DNA of 64,000 nt. Origin: Succiniclasticum sp. GTDB lineage: Bacteria > Bacillota > Negativicutes > Acidaminococcales > Acidaminococcaceae. Where the stretch lies: the NCBI GenBank assembly GCA_047835465.1, contig CP181265.1, positions 297,257-361,256 of the forward strand, written 5' to 3'. This document shows, in pieces, positions 39,468 through 49,821 of the stretch (position 1 is the stretch's first letter; each line of letters begins with the position of its first letter). The translations under genes and the position numbers were made by a program. The notes under the pieces are model-generated. The model searched no databases, had not been told where the DNA came from, and saw only the letters and a list, made by a program, of their open reading frames with translations.

Positions 39468-39758
39468 ATGTTTGTTGTAATCACCTATGATGTTAACACG
39501 ACCACTCCAGCCGGGCGTAAGCGACTTCGAAATGTTTCAAGGTGCTGCGTTTCGCATGGGCAAAGGGTTCAGAATTCTGTTTTTGAATGTTTCCTTGATA
39601 GTGCTTCCCTAGAGCTGTTAAAAAATCAATTGTATGAAATTATTGATTCTGAACACGATAGTATACGGATTTATAATTTAGGTTCTAAGTATAACCGTAA
39701 GGTGATACATTTAGGCACTAAAGATAGTTTTACACCAGATGAAGTCTTGATCCTCTGA
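39468..39758 (+). CDS. cas2: Cas2
   Basis: VITYDV, GQRVQNSVFEC, DSIRIY.L. Confidence 0.96.
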   Translation: MFVVITYDVNTTTPAGRKRLRNVSRCCVSHGQRVQNSVFECFLDSASLELLKNQLYEIIDSEHDSIRIYNLGSKYNRKVIHLGTKDSFTPDEVLIL

Positions 39759-39902
39759 TGAAAGTTGTCTATGCGGCTATACGCGAACTGGAAGAGAACA
39801 TAGTATTTTAGAACGGTTCCCTGCGAAATATTTAGAGTAGTAAAACTGGGTTCGCGGAAACACTTCAGGAGAACAGCAGGGAACGGAGTTTGTCTTGTTA
39901 CT
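39759..39902 (+). promoter_or_regulatory. CRISPR leader
   Basis: 144-bp non-coding stretch between cas2 and the first repeat, with CGCGAAC/GTTCGCG inverted motif. Confidence 0.8.
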
Positions 39903-42900
39903 GTCGCTCCCCTTGTGGGAGCGTGGATTGAAATGCCCCGGTCCACGTAGTACATCCCGTCCTCGACGTCGCTCCCCTTGTGGGAGCGTGGATTGAAATT
40001 TCGTACAGGTTCATGGCTAAGTAGGCGATTTGGTCGCTCCCCTTGTGGGAGCGTGGATTGAAATCATGATCGGAAAGATTGAATCGTATGACCCAAGGTC
40101 GCTCCCCTTGTGGGAGCGTGGATTGAAATCTGATTGGTGCAGGGAGCCATTTCCCAGTGGAGCGTCGCTCCCCTTGTGGGAGCGTGGATTGAAATTCTTA
40201 TGAAATTGCTGACCTTTGGGAACAGGCGGTCGCTCCCCTTGTGGGAGCGTGGATTGAAATAATGTTGGCAGGTTTAGGGATACACCTGCTGTTCCGGTCG
40301 CTCCCCTTGTGGGAGCGTGGATTGAAATCGAAATCAACGAGAAACAGGCTCATATCATCAATGTCGCTCCCCTTGTGGGAGCGTGGATTGAAATCTCAAT
40401 GCGGTTACTTCTTTCCTCAATGCTGTCGTCGCTCCCCTTGTGGGAGCGTGGATTGAAATCCTACTAAATCTATGCAGTTTTTGGCCAATAAGCGTCGCTC
40501 CCCTTGTGGGAGCGTGGATTGAAATATGAAAACAGTGACGACAGTTATACGATCATCGGTCGCTCCCCTTGTGGGAGCGTGGATTGAAATAGACTTGTCA
40601 ATTCCGCTTGCAAGGCCGTCTGCGTCGCTCCCCTTGTGGGAGCGTGGATTGAAATCATTACATTCGGCAAAGCGGCAACGGTGTCCTGGTCGCTCCCCTT
40701 GTGGGAGCGTGGATTGAAATCGGGCTGCTGAAACCATTACAATGAATGCTCACGTCGCTCCCCTTGTGGGAGCGTGGATTGAAATGATGTACCTTAGCCT
40801 GGGCTGCTTACGGAAAACGTCGCTCCCCTTGTGGGAGCGTGGATTGAAATTGAATAACTTGGAAGCCTTGCATGACGCACTGACGTCGCTCCCCTTGTGG
40901 GAGCGTGGATTGAAATTTATCATCGGTATTGGTTTGGCACCCAGCCACAGGTCGCTCCCCTTGTGGGAGCGTGGATTGAAATTTAGGAAGCTTGACCGTC
41001 GCTTCCTGTTTCGGCTGTCGCTCCCCTTGTGGGAGCGTGGATTGAAATATAGATGGCCTTGATTTCGGGTTTGACCCTGGCCGGTCGCTCCCCTTGTGGG
41101 AGCGTGGATTGAAATATCTAACAAGCAACGATATTACAATCACTATGCAGTCGCTCCCCTTGTGGGAGCGTGGATTGAAATGTCGATGTCCAGAAGGTTG
41201 CGGACGCTGTACTCGGTCGCTCCCCTTGTGGGAGCGTGGATTGAAATATGGCTCCGGCCATTTGCTGGACGCCAGCTCTGGTCGCTCCCCTTGTGGGAGC
41301 GTGGATTGAAATATTAGATAGCCATAACCGATTAAATTATACAAGACGTCGCTCCCCTTGTGGGAGCGTGGATTGAAATATCAAAGCAGATTGTTGCGTT
41401 CTGGCCTTTGCAGGTCGCTCCCCTTGTGGGAGCGTGGATTGAAATATTTTTGAACTTCGACATTCCCATCAAGTAATGGTCGCTCCCCTTGTGGGAGCGT
41501 GGATTGAAATCAGGCCATCCAGGGTGATCCTGTTCCGGCCGAAACGTCGCTCCCCTTGTGGGAGCGTGGATTGAAATCCGTCGCCAGTAGAATAAAGATG
41601 GAATTCTCCAACGTCGCTCCCCTTGTGGGAGCGTGGATTGAAATTCGGTGTATGTGCCAACACCAATGGGGACGCGGCCGTCGCTCCCCTTGTGGGAGCG
41701 TGGATTGAAATATCAAGATCATAATTAGAAATATGCCCCAATTCGGTCGCTCCCCTTGTGGGAGCGTGGATTGAAATCAGGCGGCATACGGAGAAATCTC
41801 CCTGGTCAATCAGTCGCTCCCCTTGTGGGAGCGTGGATTGAAATTACTCCGGCATTCACTGCCGGCCAATTCTAAGGAGTCGCTCCCCTTGTGGGAGCGT
41901 GGATTGAAATGCGGAAATCGTGTCCCAATTTGCGTAGAGTGCCGTCGCTCCCCTTGTGGGAGCGTGGATTGAAATCATGTTTTGCGCAGCCTTCTGCTTC
42001 ATGTCGCGGGTCGCTCCCCTTGTGGGAGCGTGGATTGAAATTACATCGACACCGACGCTGCCGACAAGGCACTTGGTCGCTCCCCTTGTGGGAGCGTGGA
42101 TTGAAATACAACATGCTGCGCGCCTACAAAGGCGATGTCACGTCGCTCCCCTTGTGGGAGCGTGGATTGAAATCATACGGTCCGGAGATGGCAAAGAACA
42201 CATGAAAGTCGCTCCCCTTGTGGGAGCGTGGATTGAAATGACAAAATACTATGGTGAAATCAGCGACCTTGAGTCGCTCCCCTTGTGGGAGCGTGGATTG
42301 AAATGGCCGGGGCGTCTGAGACAATGCCGCTTCTACGGGTCGCTCCCCTTGTGGGAGCGTGGATTGAAATTTGCGGCAGGCCTATGATACCCGATCCAAT
42401 GACTGTCGCTCCCCTTGTGGGAGCGTGGATTGAAATTCTTAAATGAGTGATGTGAATCTCAAGCTCTATCGTCGCTCCCCTTGTGGGAGCGTGGATTGAA
42501 ATTTGCAGACTTGCGAAATCATCTTTGATGCTTGCCGTCGCTCCCCTTGTGGGAGCGTGGATTGAAATATTGGTACTACAACCATTTCGGTGGCACGTTG
42601 AAAAGTCGCTCCCCTTGTAGAAGCGTGGATTGAAATAAAAAATGCCGTGAGTACCAGCAGTACAGCGAAGTCGCTCCCCTTGTGGGAGCGTGGATTGAAA
42701 TCGGAACAATAAAATCGTAGTTGATGATGAATTCAGTCGCTCCCCTTGTGGGAGCGTGGATTGAAATCAGTATTGGACGTTAAATCCGAAAACGACGTAT
42801 GTCGCTCCCCTTGTGGGAGCGTGGATTGAAATATAGAACGGTTTGTGTAGTTTAAATTACATCATCCGTCGCTCCCCTTGTGGGAGCGTGGATTGAAATT

Positions 42901-45343
42901 GCATTGTTGCCGCAGTATTGGGCGCTTCGCCTGGTCGCTCCCCTTGTGGGAGCGTGGATTGAAATAGCATGAATACGTTTGTGGATGCCAGTTTTCGTAT
43001 CCGTCGCTCCCCTTGTGGGAGCGTGGATTGAAATACGGTCGCGTCCGAAGTTGTCCGGATTGCACAGAAGTCGCTCCCCTTGTGGGAGCGTGGATTGAAA
43101 TATCCTCGTCGTCGTCGTCCTGAGCATCCTGCCGAGTCGCTCCCCTTGTGGGAGCGTGGATTGAAATAAGCGGGTTGAGTATCAACCTTGCGGACGGCAC
43201 GGTCGCTCCCCTTGTGGGAGCGTGGATTGAAATCTCGTGACAGATTCGGCATTGTCGATACTATCCCAGTCGCTCCCCTTGTGGGAGCGTGGATTGAAAT
43301 ATGACGCTGGAAATCCAGTCCACGAAGGACAATAGTCGCTCCCCTTGTGGGAGCGTGGATTGAAATCGTCATGCCTTCGGTTGCCACGCCTTCGAGTACC
43401 GTCGCTCCCCTTGTGGGAGCGTGGATTGAAATTCACAGCGGCGTATTCGTCAAACACCTTTCTCCAGTCGCTCCCCTTGTGGGAGCGTGGATTGAAATAC
43501 TAGGGTCAATCTTGGTATAGGAAACAGTCAGCGGTCGCTCCCCTTGTGGGAGCGTGGATTGAAATATATAAACATCATGCTATTATATAAATAAAGAAAG
43601 GTCGCTCCCCTTGTGGGAGCGTGGATTGAAATGTTCCTTTGATCGTCCTGTACCGATAGATAGGCGGTCGCTCCCCTTGTGGGAGCGTGGATTGAAATTC
43701 GGCCTTCTCGGCCATGTACTGGCCTTCTACGGTCGCTCCCCTTGTGGGAGCGTGGATTGAAATGTGACTAATGCAGACGATGCCGGCAAGCTGAGAGTCG
43801 CTCCCCTTGTGGGAGCGTGGATTGAAATTGAACAGTAAATGACATAAAAAAATAGCCCTGCCGTCGCTCCCCTTGTGGGAGCGTGGATTGAAATCTCGAT
43901 TGCTCTGTCAATGCTGTCAACCGATCCTGTCGCTCCCCTTGTGGGAGCGTGGATTGAAATCCCACTCCTCCCCAGCCAGCCAGGACAGTACCCTGTCGCT
44001 CCCCTTGTGGGAGCGTGGATTGAAATTCTGCTTTCCCTGGGCAGGAACAAGCCTGTTCATGTCGCTCCCCTTGTGGGAGCGTGGATTGAAATGTTCGAAC
44101 GACCAAAGGACTACCCCTTCCCTCCAGGTCGCTCCCCTTGTGGGAGCGTGGATTGAAATTCTGGTGCTGATGGTGAGGTCGCGCGCAGTGTTGTCGCTCC
44201 CCTTGTGGGAGCGTGGATTGAAATGAGATACGAAAACCGCGGCCTCGTCGTCCGTATCGTCGCTCCCCTTGTGGGAGCGTGGATTGAAATCCGATGTCCC
44301 CAGGCGTCACACACTCAACAGGAGTCGCTCCCCTTGTGGGAGCGTGGATTGAAATAACGCAGCGAAGTTGGTAACGCCACCTGAGGGAGTCGCTCCCCTT
44401 GTGGGAGCGTGGATTGAAATACGGTGTCCACCTCACTTTAGTGCCAGCCCGATGGTCGCTCCCCTTGTGGGAGCGTGGATTGAAATTAACTTGTCCAGCT
44501 CCTGAGCCTTGACCCAGAACGTCGCTCCCCTTGTGGGAGCGTGGATTGAAATGGGAAAACCGTCGGCATGATTATGCAGCTTATCAGTCGCTCCCCTTGT
44601 GGGAGCGTGGATTGAAATAGAAACGTGTCCATGACTGCATTCGTGACCTGAGGTCGCTCCCCTTGTGGGAGCGTGGATTGAAATGAGTGACCGGAAGTGC
44701 CTGTCATGGGATTGCCAGTCGCTCCCCTTGTGGGAGCGTGGATTGAAATTATCATGGAAAACGCCGTCAAGGCCTGCCTGTCGTCGCTCCCCTTGTGGGA
44801 GCGTGGATTGAAATTTGGCAAAGATAATCTTGTCAAGCAGGGCGCGCTGTCGCTCCCCTTGTGGGAGCGTGGATTGAAATGTCGACCAGATGGCCAGCGG
44901 CTCCGCAGTCACCTGTCGCTCCCCTTGTGGGAGCGTGGATTGAAATTGCTGGTGCGAATGATGTTTGTACGAAGATGATGTCGCTCCCCTTGTGGGAGCG
45001 TGGATTGAAATCGCTTACTCCGCATGCAATGAATGCGACTATGGAGTCGCTCCCCTTGTGGGAGCGTGGATTGAAATGTATAGGGAGTGAGTGATCATGG
45101 CTACTATTGAAGTCGCTCCCCTTGTGGGAGCGTGGATCGAAATAGTAGTCATTTGCCGTGATATATCCGTCATTCAAGTCGCTCCCCTTGTGGGAGCGTG
45201 GATTGAAATAAACAGTTGGCCGTCAGTGCAATCAAGCGCTCTGAGTCGCTCCCCTTGTGGGAGCGTGGATTGAAATTCAAATCCATGCGCAAGGAAATCG
45301 TCTTTCATGGCGTCGCTCCCCTTGTGGGAGCGTGGATTGAAAT
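39903..45343 (+). CRISPR. Type I-C CRISPR array, 83 repeats and 82 spacers (33-37 bp), plus degenerate terminal repeat near 45367-45398
   Basis: 32-bp repeat GTCGCTCCCCTTGTGGGAGCGTGGATTGAAAT counted by hand from 39903 to 45312; 7-bp stem CGCTCCC/GGGAGCG; ends ATTGAAAT. Confidence 0.99.
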
Positions 45344-45581
45344 AAGGAAAGCGGCGCCGTAGGGTATAGCTCTCCCCTTAGGGAACGCGGCTCGACATCA
45401 GTAACGGCGCCGTGTCATTTTGTCACAGCCTTCTTCAGAACGTGACATTTTTTGCCTCGTATGTCATAATAATCCGGTAAGAGTTTCTCATACTCACGTA
45501 GTCATTGCCCTGATTTGGGTAATAATTCGCTTTTAAATTTTGCTGACCCCCGTTCTTCGTCGCGGTGGTGGAGGAGTTTTA

Positions 45582-45983
45582 ATGTCACGTTCCCTGTCAA
45601 GTACACGCTTTTGGGAAATCTTCCGTTTCGCCCTCGTAGGCGGCGGCTGCTTCCTGCTGGAGTACTGCCTGCTCTATATCCTGACGGAATATGCCGGCCT
45701 GCATTACCTGTGGTCCTCGGCCATTGCGTTCGTCGTTTCCCTGCTGGTCAACTACTGGCTGTGCGTCGCCATCGTCTTTCGTGGCGCCAAACGGCAGAGC
45801 GGAGGGCGGAAAGCCCTGTTTATCGGTTCCAGCATTGCCGGCCTCGGCATCAACCAGGCCTGCATGTGGGCCCTGGTAGACAAGCTGGGCATGTACTATA
45901 TGATCGCCAAGTTGTTTACGTCGGCCATTGTCATGGTGTGGAACTACATCCTGAAGCGCAAGGCCGTGGCGGGGCAGCTGTAA
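45582..45983 (+). CDS. GtrA family membrane protein
   Basis: RFALVGG, NYWL...VF, AK......V.VWNY; GGAGGAG RBS. Confidence 0.88.
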   Translation: MSRSLSSTRFWEIFRFALVGGGCFLLEYCLLYILTEYAGLHYLWSSAIAFVVSLLVNYWLCVAIVFRGAKRQSGGRKALFIGSSIAGLGINQACMWALVDKLGMYYMIAKLFTSAIVMVWNYILKRKAVAGQL

Positions 45984-46086
45984 AAAGAATACAATTGCGG
46001 TGCGGCTGTCCGGCCGTCCGGGTATCGAAAAAGCCGTCTTCGACTGGATTGTCGAAGGCGGCTTCGTTGTGTTTCAGGATTTTTTC

Positions 46087-47397
46087 TCACGCCGTGATTT
46101 CCTGGTCTTCCGGGATGTAGGGGATTTCGCGGCGCAAATCGTTCTGGGTCATGCTGGCCACGCACGAATCGGACCAGACATTTTCTGCCGTTTCAATCAT
46201 ATCGATAATGGTGTAGATCGGCAGGATAATACCCATGAGGCCGATCGGGGCGCCGATACCGCTCATGAGGGACAAGGTTAGGAAGTAGCAGCCCATGGGG
46301 ACACCGGCGTTGCCGATGGCCGACAGGACGGCGACGAAGAGCCAGGCAATCATGCCGGCCGGCGTCAGTTCCATGCCGGCGTTCTGCATGACGAAGAGGC
46401 TCGTGACGAGAATGAAGGCGGCGCAGCCGTTCATGTTGATGGTGCAGCAGATCGGCAGCAGGAAGCGGGAAATGGACGGATTGATGCGCATGTTCTGTTC
46501 TGCAGACGCGATGGTGACCGGCAGGGTTGCCGCCGAAGATTTCGTGAAGAGGGCGACGGCCAGGGCCGGGCTCATGCGGCGGAACACTTTGACAGGGTTC
46601 AGGCCGCGGGCCACCAGGAACAGCGGCAGGACGATAAAGAACTGGATCAGGTTCCCGCCGATGACGACGGCCGTATATTTGCCGAGGGCCCCGACGATGA
46701 CGCCGGCAGCCACCTGGGCGGAAAGCTGGGCCGCGAAGGCCAGGATGCCCAGCGGCAGCACCCACAGCAGGGCGCGGATTAAGGTAAACAGGACTTCCTG
46801 TGCTCCCAGGATGCCTTTCAGGAGCGTATCCCGGTTTTCCGTCTTCGGCATGAAGGCCAGGGCCAGGCCGACGGCGGCGGCAATGAACAGGATCGACAAG
46901 ACATTGCCCGACAGGAAGGGCTGCAGGATGTTGTTCGGAATGACACTCAGAAAGTGGTCATAGTAGCTCATATGCTGGACCAGGTTCTGCGGCACCTTGG
47001 ACGCACCGGCACCGATGACATCGGCCGGCAGGTTGCCCGGCGCAATCCACAGGAACAGGGACAGGCCGACAGCGGCGGCACTGATAGTGGTCAGCAGGGT
47101 GTAGACCAGGGCGTGCCCGAAAATCTGCCTCGTTTCTTTTTTCGCACCCAGGGCGGACAAAGTGGTCATGACCGCCAGGGCGATGGTCGGTACGGCGACA
47201 AACTGGAAGAGCCGTGTAAAGACACTGGCGATAAAGTTGAACAAAGCGTTCAGGGTCGGAATGTTCATCCAGCCCAGAATACCGCCCAATACCAGTGCCA
47301 CAATCCACAAGACGAATTGCCGGCCCTGGCGGAGCGGGTTGTTTTGACGTAGGACTTCCTGCGCCGTTGCGTCGACATTCTTTTTTTCCGTAGTCAT
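46087..47397 (-). CDS. Dicarboxylate/amino acid:cation symporter (SDF family)
   Basis: FTKSSAATLP, TINMNG, GNAGVP, DMIETAENV.SD. Confidence 0.9.
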   Translation of the reverse strand: MTTEKKNVDATAQEVLRQNNPLRQGRQFVLWIVALVLGGILGWMNIPTLNALFNFIASVFTRLFQFVAVPTIALAVMTTLSALGAKKETRQIFGHALVYTLLTTISAAAVGLSLFLWIAPGNLPADVIGAGASKVPQNLVQHMSYYDHFLSVIPNNILQPFLSGNVLSILFIAAAVGLALAFMPKTENRDTLLKGILGAQEVLFTLIRALLWVLPLGILAFAAQLSAQVAAGVIVGALGKYTAVVIGGNLIQFFIVLPLFLVARGLNPVKVFRRMSPALAVALFTKSSAATLPVTIASAEQNMRINPSISRFLLPICCTINMNGCAAFILVTSLFVMQNAGMELTPAGMIAWLFVAVLSAIGNAGVPMGCYFLTLSLMSGIGAPIGLMGIILPIYTIIDMIETAENVWSDSCVASMTQNDLRREIPYIPEDQEITA

Positions 47398-47623
47398 TGT
47401 AATTCCCTCTCTCCAGACCGTTGCATACACACGGGAGTCCCGGTTCACTGCAGGAGGCAGGCGGGCAAATCCCGTTCGCGTGATATCCGTATCGTATCAC
47501 AGGTAACAGGGAAAATCAATTAAAACATATAATGACACTATGAAATCGGGGGATTCTCTCACAAGTTCGCCGGAAGGGGAGAAGAAAGTGTAATATCTAA
47601 TACATTTCTTTTTCACCCTATAC

Positions 47624-47684
47624 AAAAAATCCCCCGGAAGGGGGAACGGAATCCGGCTGCTGCCGGTCCCGCCGCCTTCCGGGG
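47624..47684 (-). terminator. Probable terminator of the sigma gene (large loop)
   Basis: CCCCGGAAGG (47632-41) and CCTTCCGGGG (47675-84) with a T-run on the minus strand. Confidence 0.5.
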
Positions 47685-47693
47685 CTGTCTGGT

Positions 47694-48311
47694 TCACCTG
47701 TCATACAAGGGCGCCAGCGTCTGTCTCAATTTCTGCAGTGCCGTGCGATGGACTTTGTACACCGTGTTGATGTGACATCCGAGCTGGTCTGCGATTTCCT
47801 GGAAGGACAAACTGCTGTTGTAATGCAGCAGGAGAATCTGCCGCTCCCGTTCTTCCAGCGCTGTCAGCTGCCGATAGAGCTGTTCGTAGATCTCCCTCCG
47901 AACGCAGGCGGCTTCCGGACTTTCATCCAGGTAGTTTCCCCGCCGTTCCAGCTGATGCTGCACCCGCCGGCTGTTGAAATTCATCAACGTCTCGTGGCGC
48001 TGGCGGCGAAGTTCCCTTCGCAGCATCGTCATCAGGTAGCGGGACAAGCAGGTCTTGACGAGCGCCACGGAGGTCTTCTCCGCGACCGGCTCCTGCTGAT
48101 GGTACGTAAAATGCAGCAGGCCGGCCCGGGCATTTTCGTAGCTCTGTTCCGGCCCCCAGACGCGGTAGAACAACTCACGTTTCGACACGGAGCGGACAAT
48201 TCCCTCCGTGCGGTCCAGCAGTTCCTCCATCGCTTCCCGGCTGCCGTGCCGGGCTTTTCGCAGCAAGTCTTCCAGTTCTGTTTCCTTCCATTCCCCAGTT
48301 GTTGGATCCAT
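47694..48311 (-). CDS. Sigma-70 family (ECF-like) RNA polymerase sigma factor
   Basis: LLRKARHG..EAMEELL N-terminus; region 4 L..RERQILLLHY...LSFQEIADQLG....TV......A..KLR. Confidence 0.75.
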   Translation of the reverse strand: MDPTTGEWKETELEDLLRKARHGSREAMEELLDRTEGIVRSVSKRELFYRVWGPEQSYENARAGLLHFTYHQQEPVAEKTSVALVKTCLSRYLMTMLRRELRRQRHETLMNFNSRRVQHQLERRGNYLDESPEAACVRREIYEQLYRQLTALEERERQILLLHYNSSLSFQEIADQLGCHINTVYKVHRTALQKLRQTLAPLYDR

Positions 48312-48497
48312 GCACTCTCCTTTGAAAAGTAACGGTTCCCCCTCCGCCCGGCGGCCCTGCCGCAACCGGTCTGCGTCCCCCAAAGACAGGCCTGGTGCCT
48401 GTTCCGCAGCCGGACAGGTCGGAGTGAAAACTCTTGTTCCACCATACCAGAGGAAAGCGAAAATGTCAACAGAAAAATCTGAATATTCCGTTCTATT

Positions 48498-49658
48498 CTA
48501 TTTTTGGAGCAGTTTTTTACTCAGTTTGCCGAACGGCCCGGCCCATAAGATGTCCCCGGTCTCGTCGGGCGCAATCCAGCGCCACGTGCTGTCCGGCAGG
48601 GGCTGGACGGCGCCGGAGACGCGGGCCGCAAAGACCTGGATGTCCCAGATGCGGCTGGAAAAGACGTGGCGGAGCCCGGCGCAGGGCGTATCCTCAACAA
48701 CTGGCGGGGCCCCCAGGAGCCGCGCCGCCTTGCGCCGCACGTTCACGCTGCTTTCCCGGGCGGCATCCGCCATCGTCCGGCCGGCGGCCGGATCTGCCAC
48801 GACGCCGCAGGACAAGAGCTCCGTCATACCGGCCAGGAGGCCTTTGTCGGGACGGCGGTGGACGAGGAGACGGCCTGTTGCGTCCTGCAGCCACAGGGCG
48901 GCGACAGCTTCGACGGGCACGTCTTTACGGACAATCCGCAGGGGCAGTTCCTGCTCTTTACCGGCGCGACGGGCTTGGCAGCGGTCCGCCAGAGGGCAGT
49001 CCTGGCAATGAGGCGTACCGGGGATGCAGATCGTGGCGCCCAGGTCCATGAGGGCTTCGTTGAAGTCGCCCGGACGGTCATCCGGCAGCTGGGCCAGGAC
49101 GAGATCCGTCACTTGTTTCCGGACCGGCGCGGACAAAATGTTTTCTTCTATTTGGTAGAGACGTGCAAACACACGGAGGACATTGCCGTCCACGGCAGGT
49201 TCGCGCAGGCCGTAGGCCATGCTCAGGATGGCACCGGCCGTGTAGTCCCCGATGCCTTTGAGGGTGCGGATTTCCGCCCGTGTCGCAGGCATGACGCCGT
49301 CGAACCGGTCACAGATGTCCCGGGCCGCTGCCTGCAGGTTCCGGGCCCGGGAGTAATAGCCCAGGCCCTGCCAGTACCGCAGGACATCGTCCGGGTCTGC
49401 CTCGGCCAGGGACGCAATGTCCGGAAAACGTTTCATCCAGCGGAGATAGTACTGGCGCGCTGCTTCCACTTTGGTCTGCTGGAGCATGATTTCCGACACC
49501 CAGACCTGGTAGGGATCCCGCGGGGACGGCGTGCGCCACGGCAGGTCGCGGCGATGGGCGTCGTACCAGGCCAGCAGGACCGGCGCCCAGGGTTCCCGGG
49601 CACGGGGGACTGCGTCTTCCGCCGCCGGTACGGGGCGGTGCGGGGATTTTTTTGTCAT
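48498..49658 (-). CDS. mutY: A/G-specific adenine glycosylase
   Basis: RDLPWR, VSEIMLQQT, WQGLGYYSRARNL, VDGNV.RV, C......C..CP.....C cluster. Confidence 0.96.
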   Translation of the reverse strand: MTKKSPHRPVPAAEDAVPRAREPWAPVLLAWYDAHRRDLPWRTPSPRDPYQVWVSEIMLQQTKVEAARQYYLRWMKRFPDIASLAEADPDDVLRYWQGLGYYSRARNLQAAARDICDRFDGVMPATRAEIRTLKGIGDYTAGAILSMAYGLREPAVDGNVLRVFARLYQIEENILSAPVRKQVTDLVLAQLPDDRPGDFNEALMDLGATICIPGTPHCQDCPLADRCQARRAGKEQELPLRIVRKDVPVEAVAALWLQDATGRLLVHRRPDKGLLAGMTELLSCGVVADPAAGRTMADAARESSVNVRRKAARLLGAPPVVEDTPCAGLRHVFSSRIWDIQVFAARVSGAVQPLPDSTWRWIAPDETGDILWAGPFGKLSKKLLQK

Positions 49659-49768
49659 GGGATTCACCTTTTCTCTGGAATATCCATCTATTGTGTAATA
49701 ATTCATGCAAAATTCAGGAAGGCAGGTTACATTTTACCAATTTTTTCAGACATTTTCAACGGAAGGGG

Positions 49769-49796
49769 TTGCAATTCCCGGCAATCCATGTATAAT
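49769..49796 (+). promoter_or_regulatory. Sigma-A promoter of agcS
   Basis: TTGCAA-16 bp-TATAAT with TG extension. Confidence 0.65.
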
Positions 49797-49821
49797 GAAA
49801 TTATTCAACAACTGAACATTT

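Noticed and set aside
40395-43928. Spacers 8 and 61 share TCAATGCTGTC
   Set aside because: An 11-nt match at different offsets with unrelated flanks is compatible with chance.
40017-45273. Dozens of ORFs on both strands across the CRISPR array (SLPLWERGLK, FQSTLPQGER, ISIHAPTRGAT repeats)
   Set aside because: They are translations of the 32-bp repeat, not genes.
32019-45580. Mobile element (IS, integrase, CAST or att site) carrying the cas island
   Set aside because: There is no transposase, integrase, tns gene, tRNA or matching terminal direct repeats at the two edges.
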